Positions 1-16,400 of a stretch of DNA of 64,000 nucleotides are shown here, one piece after another (within the stretch, counting starts at the first letter, position 1; each line of letters starts with the position of its first letter). The stretch covers positions 1-64,000 of the forward strand of contig JYFJ02001310.1 in the NCBI GenBank assembly GCA_000934665.2, given 5' to 3'. The position numbers and the translations under genes were made by a program. This stretch comes from Catajapyx aquilonaris (taxonomy: Eukaryota). Below the pieces are notes generated by a model. It did no database searches. It was given only the letters and a program-made list of their open reading frames with translations, and was not told the origin of the DNA.

Positions 1-280
1 CAAGAGGAGCTTTAAGGAGCCCCCGCCGCCGCCCCAATGGGCAAGGAAATAAAGATTTGAATCTGCCGGCATTCTTGTTGTTGTAATTTTTTTTTTTCCC
101 CCAATCCTAACGACCCGCCCCTCTGGCATTCCGGGTCCGTTCCAATTCCTGGCGAGTAACGCTGCTGCTGCTCCCCCCAACCAAAGTAGCGCTTAACCTC
201 GTCCTTCGGCTCTGGGTGGTGGTGGCAGGAATGCACCCCCTCCATCTGGTATGATACACGTGTGCTCCCTATAGCCGAGC

Positions 281-285
281 ACGTG

Positions 286-317
<32 letters not shown>

Positions 318-361
318 CGCTTGTCAGCTGGTCCCAGCTGCTGCTGCTGCTGCTGCTGCTG
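281..361. repeat. (GCTT)n followed by (GCT)n microsatellites
   Basis: Read directly: gcttgcttgctt... at ~287-316 and gctgctgct... at 337-361. Confidence 0.9.
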
Positions 362-883
362 GCGCGAATAATTATTATTTCTGTTATGCATTGCACACGC
401 TTGATCGGAATTTCGAGAGTGCGCAATATTTTTCTGGGGTGTGGGGCCTGGGGGCCGTGGGAGGGCCAATTCCCCAACTTATATAATCCGCGCGGCAGGT
501 ATAATAATTATATAGGCGATAAGGCGGGGGGCCATCTTAGGTTTTTTTCCCCCTGAACCGCGGCAACCTTTTTTTTTTAATCTCCCGCCGCTGAGCCCCA
601 AATATATTTTTCGGGACTTTCCCATGGGCCCACAGAAAATCTGGCTGGGCCACCTTGTCCCACGTGACGAGTTCGGAATTTAGGCATTCCCACATTTCAC
701 CTAGGGCCTCTCTGGAGGCCGCGTGGGAGGGCCAGATGTCCTTAGTTTTTTCATTCCCCCAACTTACGTAATCCGCGGCAAGTAATATATTATATATAGG
801 AGATAGGGTGCATGGCGGGTTGCGGGGCATCATTCGGGACTTTCCCAGGTGGGCCAGCCACAGATAATCGGGACCTGCCATCT

Positions 884-938
884 TGCTGCTTGCTTGCCTG
901 CCTGCCTGCCTGCCTGCCTGCCTGCCAGCCTGCCTGCC
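884..938. repeat. (GCTT)/(GCCT)n microsatellite
   Basis: Read directly: gcttgcttgcctgcctgcctgcc... Confidence 0.9.
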
Positions 939-1110
939 CACAACGTGTTGGTTGCATCATCGTGTGTGAGTGTGAGAGTCAACGCGTCACAGGGGAAGGG
1001 GCCGTGCCGTGTAAGCGTGCGCAGGCAGGCAGGCTGCATATAGGGCGCCTCCCAGCGCCTCTCTTACAGGCATGCGGCTTTGGCCGTGATCCTAAGAGCA
1101 ACGTCATCCT

Positions 1111-1234
1111 AATCGGGAGGCCCTGGGTTCCAGCCCGGACCGGCGCCGCTGCGGATTTTTATTTCNCCCGCCTCCGAATCGGGAGGCCCTGGGTTCCAGC
1201 CCGGCTCGGCGCCGCTGCAGGGGATTTTTATTTC
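1111..1234 (+). repeat. Two ~55-bp GC-rich direct repeats, probably internal to an unclassified repeat element spanning ~1-1350
   Basis: AATCGGGAGGCCCTGGGTTCCAGCCCGG.CGGCGCCGCTGC..GATTTTTATTTC at 1111-1165 and 1177-1234, with an N at 1166. Confidence 0.8.
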
Positions 1235-1459
1235 GCCAACTCGGGCGACGGTGCTGCCACTGCTGCGGGGGCCGCCGCTGCTTGTAAACGCGTAGCTTCT
1301 CGGCGAGCCTCCTGATTGGCTGGAGACTCTTCCCACGCATATTTACTAGTTACACAAATCGCCGCAGTAGCGCTTTCCCATGTTAAACTCGCATAGACGG
1401 TGGCGACACTGCGGAATTTTTCCATGAGGCTCCGTAATAAGCCGTGGGCTACTACTCTA

Positions 1460-1767
1460 TCTCTATAAATAAGGAAGTTTGTCAGTTTATTTGTCAATTT
1501 GTCAGTTTGTTTGTCCCTTATAGAAATCCGGGGGAAGGCCCCTACACCGCCTTAAATTAGCATATCGGGAGTTGCATTTTTCAAGGAATTTAATGCCGCA
1601 TGTTTCAGCTTCCGAAAATGTACCTAACACCCATAACACGCATATTCCCAATTAACCAATTGCCAATTACCTATTTAACAATATTCATAGATTTCCATGG
1701 TAATGCCCTCATTACATTGTAGGCCTACCACCATAACTTACCCGGGCAACGCCGGGTAACCTGCTAG
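1460..1767 (+). mobile_element. Non-autonomous Helitron
   Basis: 5' A|TCTCTATAAATAA followed by GTTTGTCA-type tetramer repeats. 3' hairpin ACCCGGGCAACGCCGGGT (1740-1757) followed by CTAG|T. Insertion between A and T is the Helitron hallmark. Confidence 0.8.
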
Positions 1768-1856
1768 TTATATTTAATTTATTAATAATGTGAAAGTGTC
1801 AGATCCGGACTGTGACCCCACGTCACGAGTGCCATTTCTGCTCTTCCTTTCACGCA

Positions 1857-5063
<3,207 letters not shown>

Positions 5064-5108
5064 GTAGCGGAAAAAATATTCCAGGAGGATAGCCATAATA
5101 TTATTGTA

Positions 5109-5802
5109 CAGTTGAACCTGGATATAACAGCTTCGGCTATAACATTCGTAGGTTTGATCTTTTCCTGATTCTGCACTGACATGTTGGGGAGGGGTAAACA
5201 AATCGGACACTTCAGATCCAAATTGATTGACATGTTCATCTCGGGAAAATAATTTCTAAACCGTTGCGCCAGTTGATTATTGTGCTCCAGTACGTTGGCA
5301 TGGAATCTGACCTCAACTGGGGCTCAGTTGTCGCTTGGACATTGCTGGAAAGCAAGTCAAGTTGCTTGCTTGTACACAACATTCCCAAAACTGGAATTTA
5401 CTGATCCTTCCTTCGATTTTGTCATGCACAATATTTGCACATTTGCCTTGAAGCCCTCCGTTTCATATTCTGGGACTCGAAAAATTGTCGGCCAGGTAGA
5501 TAGCAGCCTCTGCAGCCAGAAGTTATTTCCAAAACCTCCACAATGTTGCAAAGCTCAGTGGTAGAATTGATTCAGTTGTTACGAAGAGGGCTTAGTCCAC
5601 TTTTTGGTATTTTCGAGTTAACACTGCTACGTTGCTTCTTGAGTTTCAACGCGTGTGCTGAATGAATATCGCATCAATCAGAAAATGCCTCTGCATGTAA
5701 TAAATCTGCACTGAAGTACGAATAATAGCACGTTCATTTTTTCATTTCTTCACGGCATTGTTCCAAAGGAGGGGTAGCCAGCTATAACATGGTGTATAAC
5801 TG
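5109..5802 (-). mobile_element. Decayed DNA transposon: hAT (Charlie/Buster-type) transposase relic between TA-flanked CAGTT...AACTG termini
   Basis: Minus-strand fragments across frameshifts at ~5240-5760: LLHAE..., FWLQRL / YLADNFS...GLQGKCANIVHDKIEGRISKFQFWECCVQASNLTCFPAM / LEHNNQLAQRFRNYFPE. These resemble the WL..LAYLADIF..LN..LQGK...DKI..KL.LW...NF..FP...F..YFP pattern of Buster/Charlie transposases. Ends: TA|CAGTTGAACC and TATAACTG|TA. Confidence 0.65.
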
Positions 5803-6326
5803 TATACAATAAACTACATTTAGATTACTTCTTATACTTTTAATGGACCCATACTCCTGTTGGCAATCCATTTACTTGAACAGCTGCATCTCCTGATGCA
5901 GCTTACCTGGATATGAAACTGAACCCAGAAATGAAGCCTGGATTTGCTTTTTAAAATCATACGGAATTTTGGGATGCAATATATTTCACAGTACAACGAC
6001 CACACTGCCAAAGACATGATAATTCATGTTGAATTCTAACTAACTTACCAAAAATATGGGGGTTCAGAATATTGCTCTCTATAATATATTATTCTAGAGT
6101 TGTGGATGAATGTGTAAGCTAACAAAAAATGGGAATATGGGAAATAACATTAACAGCTCCTAGAGCAGAAAATGAGACAACATTATAAATCAGAACACTT
6201 TATTGCCACATAAAACGGCCTATACAGGGCATGTTCGGCATTTACACAAAAATAATTCAAAAATTATTAAAATTAAAATTTAATCAATAAAAATAAAGAA
6301 ACATATAGGTCTCGTTTTCAGGGGGA

Positions 6327-8290
6327 TCACGGGAAAATAAGTTTTCGCGTGAGTATTTCAAACACCATTCGCTTTCGAAAGTAAGGCATGTCTTGCTGTG
6401 AGAAGGTTATGCGGGCATCTCTTGACACATACTCTGCATATTTGCAAACGAACATCCCACAATCGCTTCCATTTCCCTGATGCGGAATGTCAGCCACGTT
6501 GATGAGCCTCCAGTCGCTTGTGTCAAATGGCACTTTCTTCTTGTCCATGCTCTCATCAACCAAATACCGCAGAATGGTCTGCATGTGAATATGATTTGTT
6601 AGTAGGCCTACAGTACACTGAATCATGTCAAAGTTTTCTTTTTTCAGTCTTCCATGTGAGAAGACATGATCAAATTCAATTCCGCATACCAAAATAGATA
6701 CCCTTCAAGGTCCAACACAAATTACACAAATATACTACAGTATTATTATTGTAAATGCAGTGAACCCTGCCTTTAGCAGATCTAGAATATGGCCCAAACT
6801 TGTCTATTGAGGAAAATATTTTACAGTCCCAGCAGCAAAATAGGATTTCCCTTGTGTTTTTGTCTGCTATAATGGAACTGAATTTTTTGGAGAATAGAAA
6901 GATTCCGCTATATAGCCTACAGGTTTCATTGTAATAATAACAATGCCAACGAGAATGAATGGCCTGCCATTACTTTACAGAAGCAAAGGAATTTAAAACG
7001 AATTACCTTAAGACACTGATCATTGTGACCTCCCATGCTGTCAAAATAGCGTATAATCTTGTCTCTGAAGTCTACCAGAGCCAGACACCAGTGCATGCCA
7101 AGGTGCACTGGTATGATGATGAGGTTATAAGAAAAGATGTCTGTCTTTTTTGTCCATCTTTTGAGGGCTTTATGGCCTCCCGACGACAGATTGGGGTAGA
7201 AGAAGGTACTGAAGGCATATGCTTTGGGGAAACCATCAGTGCCTCCCCTACGAGCCACCATGCTCATGTAGAAGTTAATCACCTCGTCGTTAAGCCAGGA
7301 CAGACCTTTCAGTGTCAGCATGTCCTTGCGAAGGATTTTCAACGCGAACCCTTCTGACAGCACCTCTGTATTTGGACCTGGCTTCAGTGCCCGCGCAATC
7401 TTTGCTTGCATTTCAGGAGTGAGTTTCGGTAGTGTTGTTTTTGGGGCTGAAATCACTCGTAGTTCCTCCCGAACCTGGGCGTCAGCTTCCTTCTTGAGTT
7501 CGTTGTCACCAAGATCCAGGGAAAACATCATTGCTTCCAGGCAATCTGCAAGAATTTTTTTAAATATCCCTTCCTTCATAGGACTTAGCAAAATACATAA
7601 TTTCTTCATCCATCTTTCGGACGAGTTCACCCTCAGGACTTTCATTCATCTGCTCTGACTGTTTTGGACATGCCTACTTTGTCAGTTTAAATATCTGTTT
7701 AATCTGTGACTATATTTGCCTGGCTTTTGCTGTCATTGATACTCCTTGACTGTCTGAGGCAGTCGAAGCGCTACGAGAATCTAAGGTGAGTCAAGAGAAT
7801 CCAATAATAATGATATAACATGGAAACATATATGAATGTAAAATTTGAAATAACTAAGTGCATTGATATAGCAATAGGTGGTACAAGTAGGCCACAATTT
7901 GAATACCAGAATGTTTGCTAAAAATGATTTACACAACATACCAATATTTGGTAAATTTGGTGATGACAGTGAAGAGGATGTAGCAGCATCACTGTCTTCT
8001 GTCACTTCCTTCTCAGCTGCACAATTCTCCCGTTTCGTCCCCTCCCCAATGGGCTCTTCTATTACTGCTACCATCTTCCCACCACTCTTCTCCAGAGAAT
8101 CACCCTTGGGGCTATGCAGAGCTCCATTCATGATGGAACCAGCTCTGCTTCCATTGCTCACAGACATGGTACCTGAGGGTCCCAGTTCAGGGGATGCACC
8201 AACTGCCTTCAAAAGATTGTCAATCCCATTTAGTGACCCTGTGTTGCTGGAGCCATGACTGGAGCAGCTGGCGGTAGCGCTTTTTCTCAT
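6327..8290 (-). CDS. Sentrin/SUMO-specific protease (SENP1/2-like, Ulp1 peptidase C48 family)
   Basis: Model with exons 8290-7942, 7545-7007, 6578-6327 gives 1140 nt (379 aa). Motifs: WLNDEVINFYM, FSTFFY, KRWTKK.DIF, IPVHLGMHWCL, YFDS, HQGNGSDCGMFVCKYAE, FSQQDMPYFRKRMVFEI. The 5' end is uncertain. Confidence 0.9.
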
Positions 8291-8428
8291 CAAGCTGGTA
8301 TCACTGCTACCAATATCACATCAAAATTGCCATAAATAGATTTTAGAAACAGTAAATGTTAATGTTCCACATTCTTCAAGATTGCTGGTTCTTCACTGTT
8401 CCTTAATAATAATAATATATTAATAATA

Positions 8429-8841
8429 AGGGACACTCCACTTAAAAACAAGTTTGGCTCTAAAAATCTGGCAAAAAATCCTGAATCCGACGGTGCAATT
8501 CGTTTTTCGCTACGCGGAACGGTAATCCCAGGGCGAGGTGTCAAAGTATGTCGTCTGCTAATGAGCGGCGCCGCCACGCGGGGAACAGGGGAACTGGAGG
8601 GCTGCACCGCTGTGGGATGGGCCTAAGCGCGCGGGCAGGCAGGAGCAGCCCTCCAGTTCCCAAGGTCCCGAGGGCGTCGCTGGCGGACGGCCAGCTTCTA
8701 GCGCACTATTTGAATTGCCTCACTTTGACCCCTCTCCATGGGATTACCGTTCCGCGTAGCGAAAAACGGATTGCACCTTCGGATTCATGATTTTTTGCCC
8801 GATTTTTAGAGCCAAACTTGTTTTTTGAGTGGAGTGTCCCT
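8429..8841. mobile_element. MITE with ~120-bp TIRs, Kolobok/T2-like
   Basis: 8429-8547 is the inverted repeat of 8722-8841 (AGGGACACTCCACT.AAAAACAAGTTTGGCTCTAAAAATC...). The right end is followed by TTAA; the left TSD is degenerate. The core is GC-rich. Confidence 0.8.
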
Positions 8842-9193
8842 TTAAAAACACATGCAATTTCTTTTAAAAAAAACTTAGCAGCCTTCTTAGAAGAGTGGAT
8901 TGATAATTGCCTATAGGGAACCGTTTGCACTGAATGATAACTGATCTTAACACTTAAAGGCGAGGCAAAATATTCTGTATGCTGATATGGTGGAAAATGT
9001 TAATTTACCTTGTCAGACCTATAACAAAATCATGAGAAGTAAGCAGCAGGTTCCTTTAATCGCATATTTCTAAGTACTTAGAAAAATAAGCCTGATATTT
9101 TTTTGCAAATTCCAATTGCAAAACAAAATCCTGCAAAAGATAGCGGACCTTGACCTCCTAACTTTGCCAGGGAGGGTTCTTTCAACCCTAGGC

Positions 9194-10498
9194 GGTATAA
9201 TTCTGAATCTACTCTATGAGCTGAGTCGAATGACACTATACCTAGAGTGCGGAAATGCTTGGTCCAAGAGTAATTGAATTTTGAAATTGCAAGTTATAAC
9301 AATGAATAAATGAAAATAAACAAGTGTTCCATTGTTGAAACAGTTTACTCCCATTGTTGAGTTAATGAATATCCATGGTAATTTTAAACGTAATTTGGAG
9401 GTTGTGTGTTCGCAGCATTACTGTCCGCCTTGTGGCGGCGTAGATGTGTGTCTTGCGTGATGTGGGTGTGGCAAAGCCACAATAACGTTCGTTGGCCTGC
9501 GGCGCCACAAGACGGACAGTAAATGTTGCGGATACAAAACTCACAATAAGCGCCTAGCTCCGCTATCGCTCCGATTTAACTAAAATTATCACGCATGGGC
9601 GACGTACCGTGCCTGGCAGGGCCACAAGACGGACAGTACTGGTGCAGTCACTCCAACGCCTCGCAGATGACACCAACACAATCAGAGTGGGGCATGCCTT
9701 GAGTAATTAAAAAAAGCTTAGGATTCATGTTACAGCAACACTAACTTGTTGGCGGGCAAGAGAGAGAGAGAGGCCTCGAGCAGTGGCTCAGGAGATACCA
9801 CAACATCCCTCCTTACTTCCAGGAAGGCTTGCCCAATTCCAGATAAGCACCGATGCAATGACTCGGCCATGAACGCTCCTGAATCTTGAATTAAACTCCT
9901 TCCCTCTCGTTCTATGTCCAACGAACCAAGAACAACCGTTTGTTTACGTTGCCATGGAATCTCTCACGTTTCCACGGAGAATCACCTCACGCAACAATGG
10001 GAGTGAACAGTTTCAACAAAGGAACACTCGTTTATTTTCATTTATTCATTGTTATTACTTGCAATTTCAAAATTCAATTACTCTTGGACGGGGAGGTGTA
10101 GATGGCCGAGATGGTAACGGCTCGGCTTGCTGAGTGAAAGGCCCCAGGTTCGATCCCCGCCTGGGGATCTTTCCTTTCACCTGCGTCGAGAGGGTCTCTA
10201 ACCTGCACCAAGGAGGTGTCTGGCAACCTAACCTCCTGGGGGACAGCACAAGACCCCTTTACCGACATTGCACTTGCACCCCTCCCCCAAAAATCCCTAT
10301 CCTTACCCCATGTCCTTTCATCCTTGCACCGGAGTTAGAAGAAAAAGCAGAAAATTGCAGAGTAAATGGTGGTATTCCACTCCCCTATAAGGGCCTATGG
10401 CCCTATCACGTGGTAACGCTAAAAAAAACTCTTGGACCAAGCATTTCCGCACTAGTGTCATTCGACTCAGCTCATCGAGTAGATTCAGATAATATACC
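9194..10498. mobile_element. Non-autonomous DNA transposon with ~165-bp TIRs; right TIR split by a SINE
   Basis: Left arm 9194-9359 is the reverse complement of 9992-10089 plus 10438-10498. Internal repeat GCCACAAGACGGACAGTA occurs at ~9503 and ~9621, and inverted at ~9420. Superfamily not determined. Confidence 0.8.
10090..10427 (+). mobile_element. tRNA-derived SINE, full length
   Basis: A box TGGCCGAGATGG, B box GGTTCGATCCC (10147-10157), 3' oligo-A tail, and perfect 10-bp TSD ACTCTTGGAC at 10080-10089 and 10428-10437. Confidence 0.9.
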
Positions 10499-10576
10499 TA
10501 AACCTGCAAGATTTTTGCGGCGCTAAACTGCACCGAAGCCTTTGTCCCAAAGAGTTCAGCTATAATTATGATATAA

Positions 10577-10849
10577 TATATACTTACAGAGGAAGCCGTG
10601 GAGGAATACTACCTATCCTTTCCTATTAGCCATCGGTCTGAGGCAGCCGCCATCTTTACTATGGTCATATTGTGTATTACGACAGTAGTTGTCTAGCAAC
10701 TGAGACAACAACTAAGTTAATAATGACAACTGGTATGACAATTAGTCCAATAATGTCCAATACCGCCGCTCTTACGATATAGCAACGTGGTTACCTTAGC
10801 ATCATCTGTCATTTATCCATCCCCGTGCGAAGAACGGGTATCCTGCTAG
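10577..10849 (+). mobile_element. Non-autonomous Helitron
   Basis: 3' hairpin CCCGTGCGAAGAACGGG (10822-10838) followed by CCTGCTAG|T. The 5' end TATATACTTACAGAGGAAG is approximate. Confidence 0.7.
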
Positions 10850-12016
10850 TAAATATATACTGTACGTATAAATGCACATTTTATAAGAGGGATACGGGAT
10901 GGATAACCTCAATCAATGATGGGCACCGTTTCATATAGGTGTTACCCGGTGTCTCTTTTTCGTTAACGAATGTCATTGCAGTTTTGTCTGAATAATAAGC
11001 TGAATAATATATTATAAGTAAACTTGTGATGCACTGTACATACTGTATAAACAGGTCACCCTTCGTTATCAGGTATACACTCATGTTCGAGTCAACAATG
11101 CAGAAGGGGCATCATTTAGTATGCTACTTCTTTATCACACTAGGAAGTAGAGCAATGTCAATATCTCTAAGACGTGAGGTGACTTTGAGTCCTTCAACTA
11201 ACAGCAAGTCTCTACCATAAGAGAGTATACTACATCTGCTAATGAGGATTCTGCCATTAGCCCTGTTATGAGTTAATTCAAGGTTATAGTAGTTGATATG
11301 CATGCCTATACTGATGCGAGAGTCACGACGTATAAAAACGACAAAAAAAGTACGGAAAGTGTTATGAAGTATCATTTTTCATTGCAGGAAAAACATCATC
11401 GATAATAATCGCCTCTCACTAATTAGAGAAAAATAATCAACCTGTAGTCCCAGCAGGAAACCAACTCGTTAGTAATTTTGGTCAATTCTGAAACTAACCA
11501 TTCACAACAGTTCAGTGCAGTGCAGTGGTGCCACGTTCCAATCTATGCAGTGAAAACAATTTATTTATACTGTACGTGTAATAATCTATAGGCCTATACG
11601 CTTGTGCTATAGAGCTAGGCAGTCACAAAATGCAGTTTTATTATTAATCAACAAGAGAACGGTACTGTTGTTACAAGCCTGTTACAATCATTATTTTCAC
11701 TGTTAACAGTCACTAGTGCCTTCCGTGACGTCACTACCATTCTATGGCTGAATCACTCATACAAACACAATACACTGGCATGCAGGTGTGGCAGGTTCTT
11801 CTGACTGGTTAATTCGTCGTGTCACGGAATTAGGATAATTTATAAAAAATAAAAGATGGGGGCATCAATCTCTATGAACGTTACTCCTTGACACATTAAT
11901 GCTCGATCATGCAGCATCACATAGCAAGCATCCCGAGATAAGCAATCTCCTTAAGATGTTGCAATAGGGTCAAAATACTCTTCCAACTGCCCATTCAAAG
12001 CATCAAGTCAGACGCA

Positions 12017-13481
12017 ATGAAGCCCCATGTTGTGTACGTCACCATCGTTACATTCTTCGTAATTTCTGCAATTGACGCGTCTGCTGCAAGCAATGGCTCC
12101 GACACAGTGTGGTCTCACAAGAATTCAGTGTATCCGACTGACGACATCGAAGCAGTTGTGGAATGCATTTCTCAGAAGAAACTGCAACAATCCGGTGAGG
12201 TCTTCTCTAAAATTGTTCCCTAAATTCAGTAATTAACTTAATGCTCTATCGCCAAAAAAGGAAAACCCGATTCGCAAGTTGGAAATTTTGCAAAAAGCCT
12301 CGAAAAAGTGCTGGAAGATAAGTTCATGAATATTGAAAAGAAAATTACTTCAAGAATGGAAGAAATTCAAGCGCAGATTATGTCCACACTTATGGCACTC
12401 GTCCATGAAGTTTCTCAACTTAAAGCAGAGTCATCTCAGCAGGTATGTCGCATTTATAAGGTGCCAAAATGTTGCCTAAAAATCTTAAATATTTTCCCCC
12501 AGGAGTACAAATTAGCGGAAGAATTAAAATTAATTCGGCTAGACATAACTTCAGAGATAGTAAATATCAAGAAAGAAGTCAATCATTGTGCTGATACTAC
12601 AAATTCAGCAGAAGACATTGCATCAAAAGGTGGGTATAATTAAGTGTAAGAGTACTGTGTATGCAATTATATTATGGCCTATTTATCTGTTCGTTAGCAG
12701 ATGAGCCAGCTCGTTCAAACTGTGCTGATGTCTACAGAGCTGGTATCCATCAAAGTGGAATTTATATGATGGACACACTTGAAAAACAATTTGAGGTAAT
12801 TTACGTCCACATTCGCAACCGCCTTAATTACAAATTATTTTAAATGCAGGTGTACTGCGAGATGGAAAGCGACGGAGGAGGCTGGACACTCATTCAAAGA
12901 AGAGATTATTATTTGAATGAAATAGACTTTTTCCAGCACTGGAGCGATTACAGGGAAGGTTTTGGGAACCTCAGCGGCGAATTTTGGATTGGTCGGTTAC
13001 GCGTATACCTTAATGCAAGTTGCTTTTTAAAATAATCACCTTGTAAAATATTTCAGGACTGGAAAAGATCCACTGGCTGACATCAAAAGAGCCAATGTCG
13101 CTTCAGATCAAGCTGGAAGACTTTGCTGGTAACGTGGCCATCGCATCGTACGACCGATTCCATGTGGCAAGCGACAAGGACATGTTTGTATTGGACGTGA
13201 CTGGATTCAGTGGGAACGCAACGGACAGCTTTTCCGCCAATTCCGGAATGCCTTTCACGACTAGAGACGTCGACAACGACAAACTCTCGGTTAATAACTG
13301 CGCCGAAGATGAGCAAGGAGCGTGGTGGTTTTCGGATTGCGGGTACTCCAATCTGAATGGCCCTCACAATGACGGGGCGACGGTGCAGAGGTACGGCTTC
13401 AAACTAATTTACTGGCACACTTGGAAGCCGCGAGTGCCTCTCAGAAAAACGGAAATGAAAATAAGGCCGTACGGCTTTTGA
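12017..13481 (+). CDS. Fibrinogen-related protein (FReD; signal peptide, coiled coil, FBG domain), copy 2, intact
   Basis: Exons 12017-12194, 12261-12442, 12503-12629, 12701-12795, 12850-12991, 13057-13481 give 1149 nt (382 aa). Motifs: NCADVY..SGIY, VYCEMESDGGGWTLIQRR, EFWIGLEKIH, FTTRDVDND, GAWWFSDCGYSNLNG, EMKIRP. Same six-exon structure as copy 1. Confidence 0.93.
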
Positions 13482-16400
13482 AGTAAGATAAAATCGTGAT
13501 ATATCGAATTAAAAAAAATACAACGCAATATAATGATCTGATTTACTTGTTACAATTTCTTACATATATTTATAAAATTGACTGTACAGCCTATTGTTCT
13601 CTAAATAACCAATTGCCATGCAACATAGTCACAAACGTACTTTATGTAAATCCAATAAAATTGTGTCATGTCGAAAAACATTTTTATCAAAAATACAGAA
13701 CCCTTTTAAATGTATCTCATCAGTCATTCGACGGAAGAGTATAGGCCTAATACAGCGTTGCATACGAAAAAAGTTGCTGTCTTAGATTCGGATAATGAAA
13801 AAACCCTGACGCCATAATTTCAACCAAAATGGTTTTAAATCAAACATCATATAATAATTATATTTATGGCACAAGATAGAGGCCAATCGAATGTGACCTT
13901 GTCCCGCGTCAAAATGATGAAAAACAACTGTTGGCTTTCAGCACCCTTATTGACCTCTCGTTTCTCCGAAATGCTGATAAGATTATACTGTATGTATAGA
14001 GTAACTGTACGTTGATTCCAAATATCCTATTTCTGTACACTAAATTATCATGCAACAAGTGAGTCGTTTAATCTCTCAATTAAAAGTAATAAATAGCTAG
14101 TCTTAGTAGTCTACTTCATGCTAATTTTGCAACAATTGTTGATAACAGTTCGTCTATACTTCTGGGCTATCCAGCAGCGCCAAGTGAAATATGATGTCAA
14201 AATAAAACGCAATCCGAAACCTCCAACAGGAAATCATGGCCTAATTCGTCGCCTTTATTAATCACCCCTGTTTTCAATGGCCTTTGAGAATGTATAAGGA
14301 AACCAGGAAAATTCTGATAAAATCCACGCAAGCACCAGGAGAAATCAAAGACCCGCACAAGAAAACCCATCGATCTATCCCAGAATCGACCTCTCAATTC
14401 AATTGTAAAGCTTGTGATCTCCCGCCCTCATGTGGCCAGCTTTGAGTTGTTGCCTGTCTATGCTGCGGCTGCACTATACACTTCTGCAAAAGTAAAGTGC
14501 TGGTTGGTACCTGACCCAAGAAAGTGTAGAATAAAAATACCGCTATACACAAGTGTTTGGCTCTCAAGATATTGAACCAATATAAATATTTTTTTCCAAA
14601 TATTTTATCACAGGAATTAACTTACCTGGCTGGAGCAAAGAAACACAATTTTCAGTTTAATACGCAAAGAAAAAAAGATAACCATGGGAGACTCACATTT
14701 CAAGTTTGTCCAGCTACCTACGCTGCTGGCGTGCAGTGCACAGTAGTAACACCAGAGATGATTCACTATACAATCACGAATACTGCTTCCTACAGGATAT
14801 ATGAAAGGCGGGAAGCAACAAGACACGATTCTCTACAGATGTTGGGGGGCGGCCGCCTCGTGCAACTGATATCAATTCTCAAGAGAGGCGTCTCAGGCGT
14901 CTTGCTGGCGTCTCACAGAATCCCAACGACGCCGCCCTCCATATAGAGTTAACTCACAAGTTATATACGAACAGGAAATGTCACTTCCAGAAACTATTAG
15001 TCCCAACTTTTTTTTTGCAGCTTTGCTCATCACAGCTGAGTATGTCACATTTCCGCCAACTATACCCGCAGTTTCGGAACTAATTACAATATTGATGCAA
15101 AAACTTGCACTTTTGTGCTAACTGAAAGGTTGAGAACTATTGATTTTTCCATTACCATCCAAGTTTGTTAAGAAGTTTTAGGTTGGTAGCAGCTGCCCTT
15201 AACACTCGCCCTTTACTCTAAATATCGGAGGCGGCTTTCACCATCCTTTCCAACCCACATACAAGCCAATCTTGAGCATCTCCGTGCATTCTTGAAGCCC
15301 CAACAAAAAGAGGTCAGTGTGACAAGACAAGGTCGATCCAACCGTATCTCGACTACACTCCCCAAAAAAATTGACAAATAAAAAAAACGAGTCGAGGAAT
15401 CTTCGTGAGTCTCAGAAAACCTGTTACAAGTCACCGAAAAAAAAAGAGTCCCAGCTTCTAGCTTCTGTCCCCCACCAAGTCGATGAGTCGGACAGCCGGC
15501 CTTTTTCGCAGCCATCACTCAGCATGGGTTCAGCGGAATGGGGTTTAACTGCAGATCCAGCAAAGTCGCTCGATATTGGCCGTTGGAAGCTTGGCCATGC
15601 GATGATTGCGGTCTGGACAGGGAATTATTTCCTCTCTGGACTGTCCCTCTCCAGATGCTCCACTGCACTCTTAAAAACACTTTGGTCGAAAGGCATCAAA
15701 TCCACAGAGAGTAAGCACGACGCTGCAGCTTCGGAATATTTAAAGTGCATTAAAATATTCACATGTGCATCGAGCCCAGAAAATTATTCACCATTTTAAC
15801 TAACTTTATGCAAACAACGTGCCTGCAGGATAATTATGAAATTGGTGAATATTTTTATGAATTATATCCATTTAGTGCATGGAATTTTTTATGACGTAGG
15901 CTTATGAAGTGAATAAAATTATGCATAGTGATGAATAACTTTGATTTGTCCTCTCCCATGAAGTGTTGATGAATAATACTTTTTATTTGCCCTCTCGCAG
16001 GTGCGTAAATGAGAAACGAAAACTCTATTTCGGAATCTAGCAATGGCCACGTTGACTCTTCTGGTTTTTGTGTGTATTGGCTGCAGAAAGATTTGGACCT
16101 CCCTCAGAGCGCATCATAGGTTATTACACACCGACTCTATCTCGTTACGTCCCTTGGTCGTAAAGTTGGCCGGATATTAGGCACCGGACGGTTCCATAAA
16201 GGGGGCTTAGCCAGCAGGGTAAAAAGATGAAGGGAGAAGACGAAGAAAAAAAAATGTCGAGTTTTTTTGATCAGCATCGATAATTTTTGCGGGGGGGAAA
16301 AGATCGGATTTGAATATCATAGTTGGATACACACGCACGTATTCAAATCTTTTTATAGCTATATATGCATAGGGAGTGGATGTTCAAAGCGTCAAAACCA

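Noticed and set aside
12..1340. Many short ORFs (LACLLACL, QASKQASK, GRQAGRQA)
   Set aside because: They are translations of microsatellites and GC-rich repeats, with no domain similarity.
10090..10170. Possible tRNA gene
   Set aside because: It continues into a ~260-bp body with an oligo-A tail and TSD, so it is a SINE head.
14619..14640. ACTTACCTGGC resembling the U1 snRNA 5' end
   Set aside because: The similarity ends after ~11 nt; it is just a minus-strand splice-donor-like sequence.
15025..15050. GCTCATCACAGCTG resembling a miR-2 family complement
   Set aside because: The seed region does not match and there is no partner arm.
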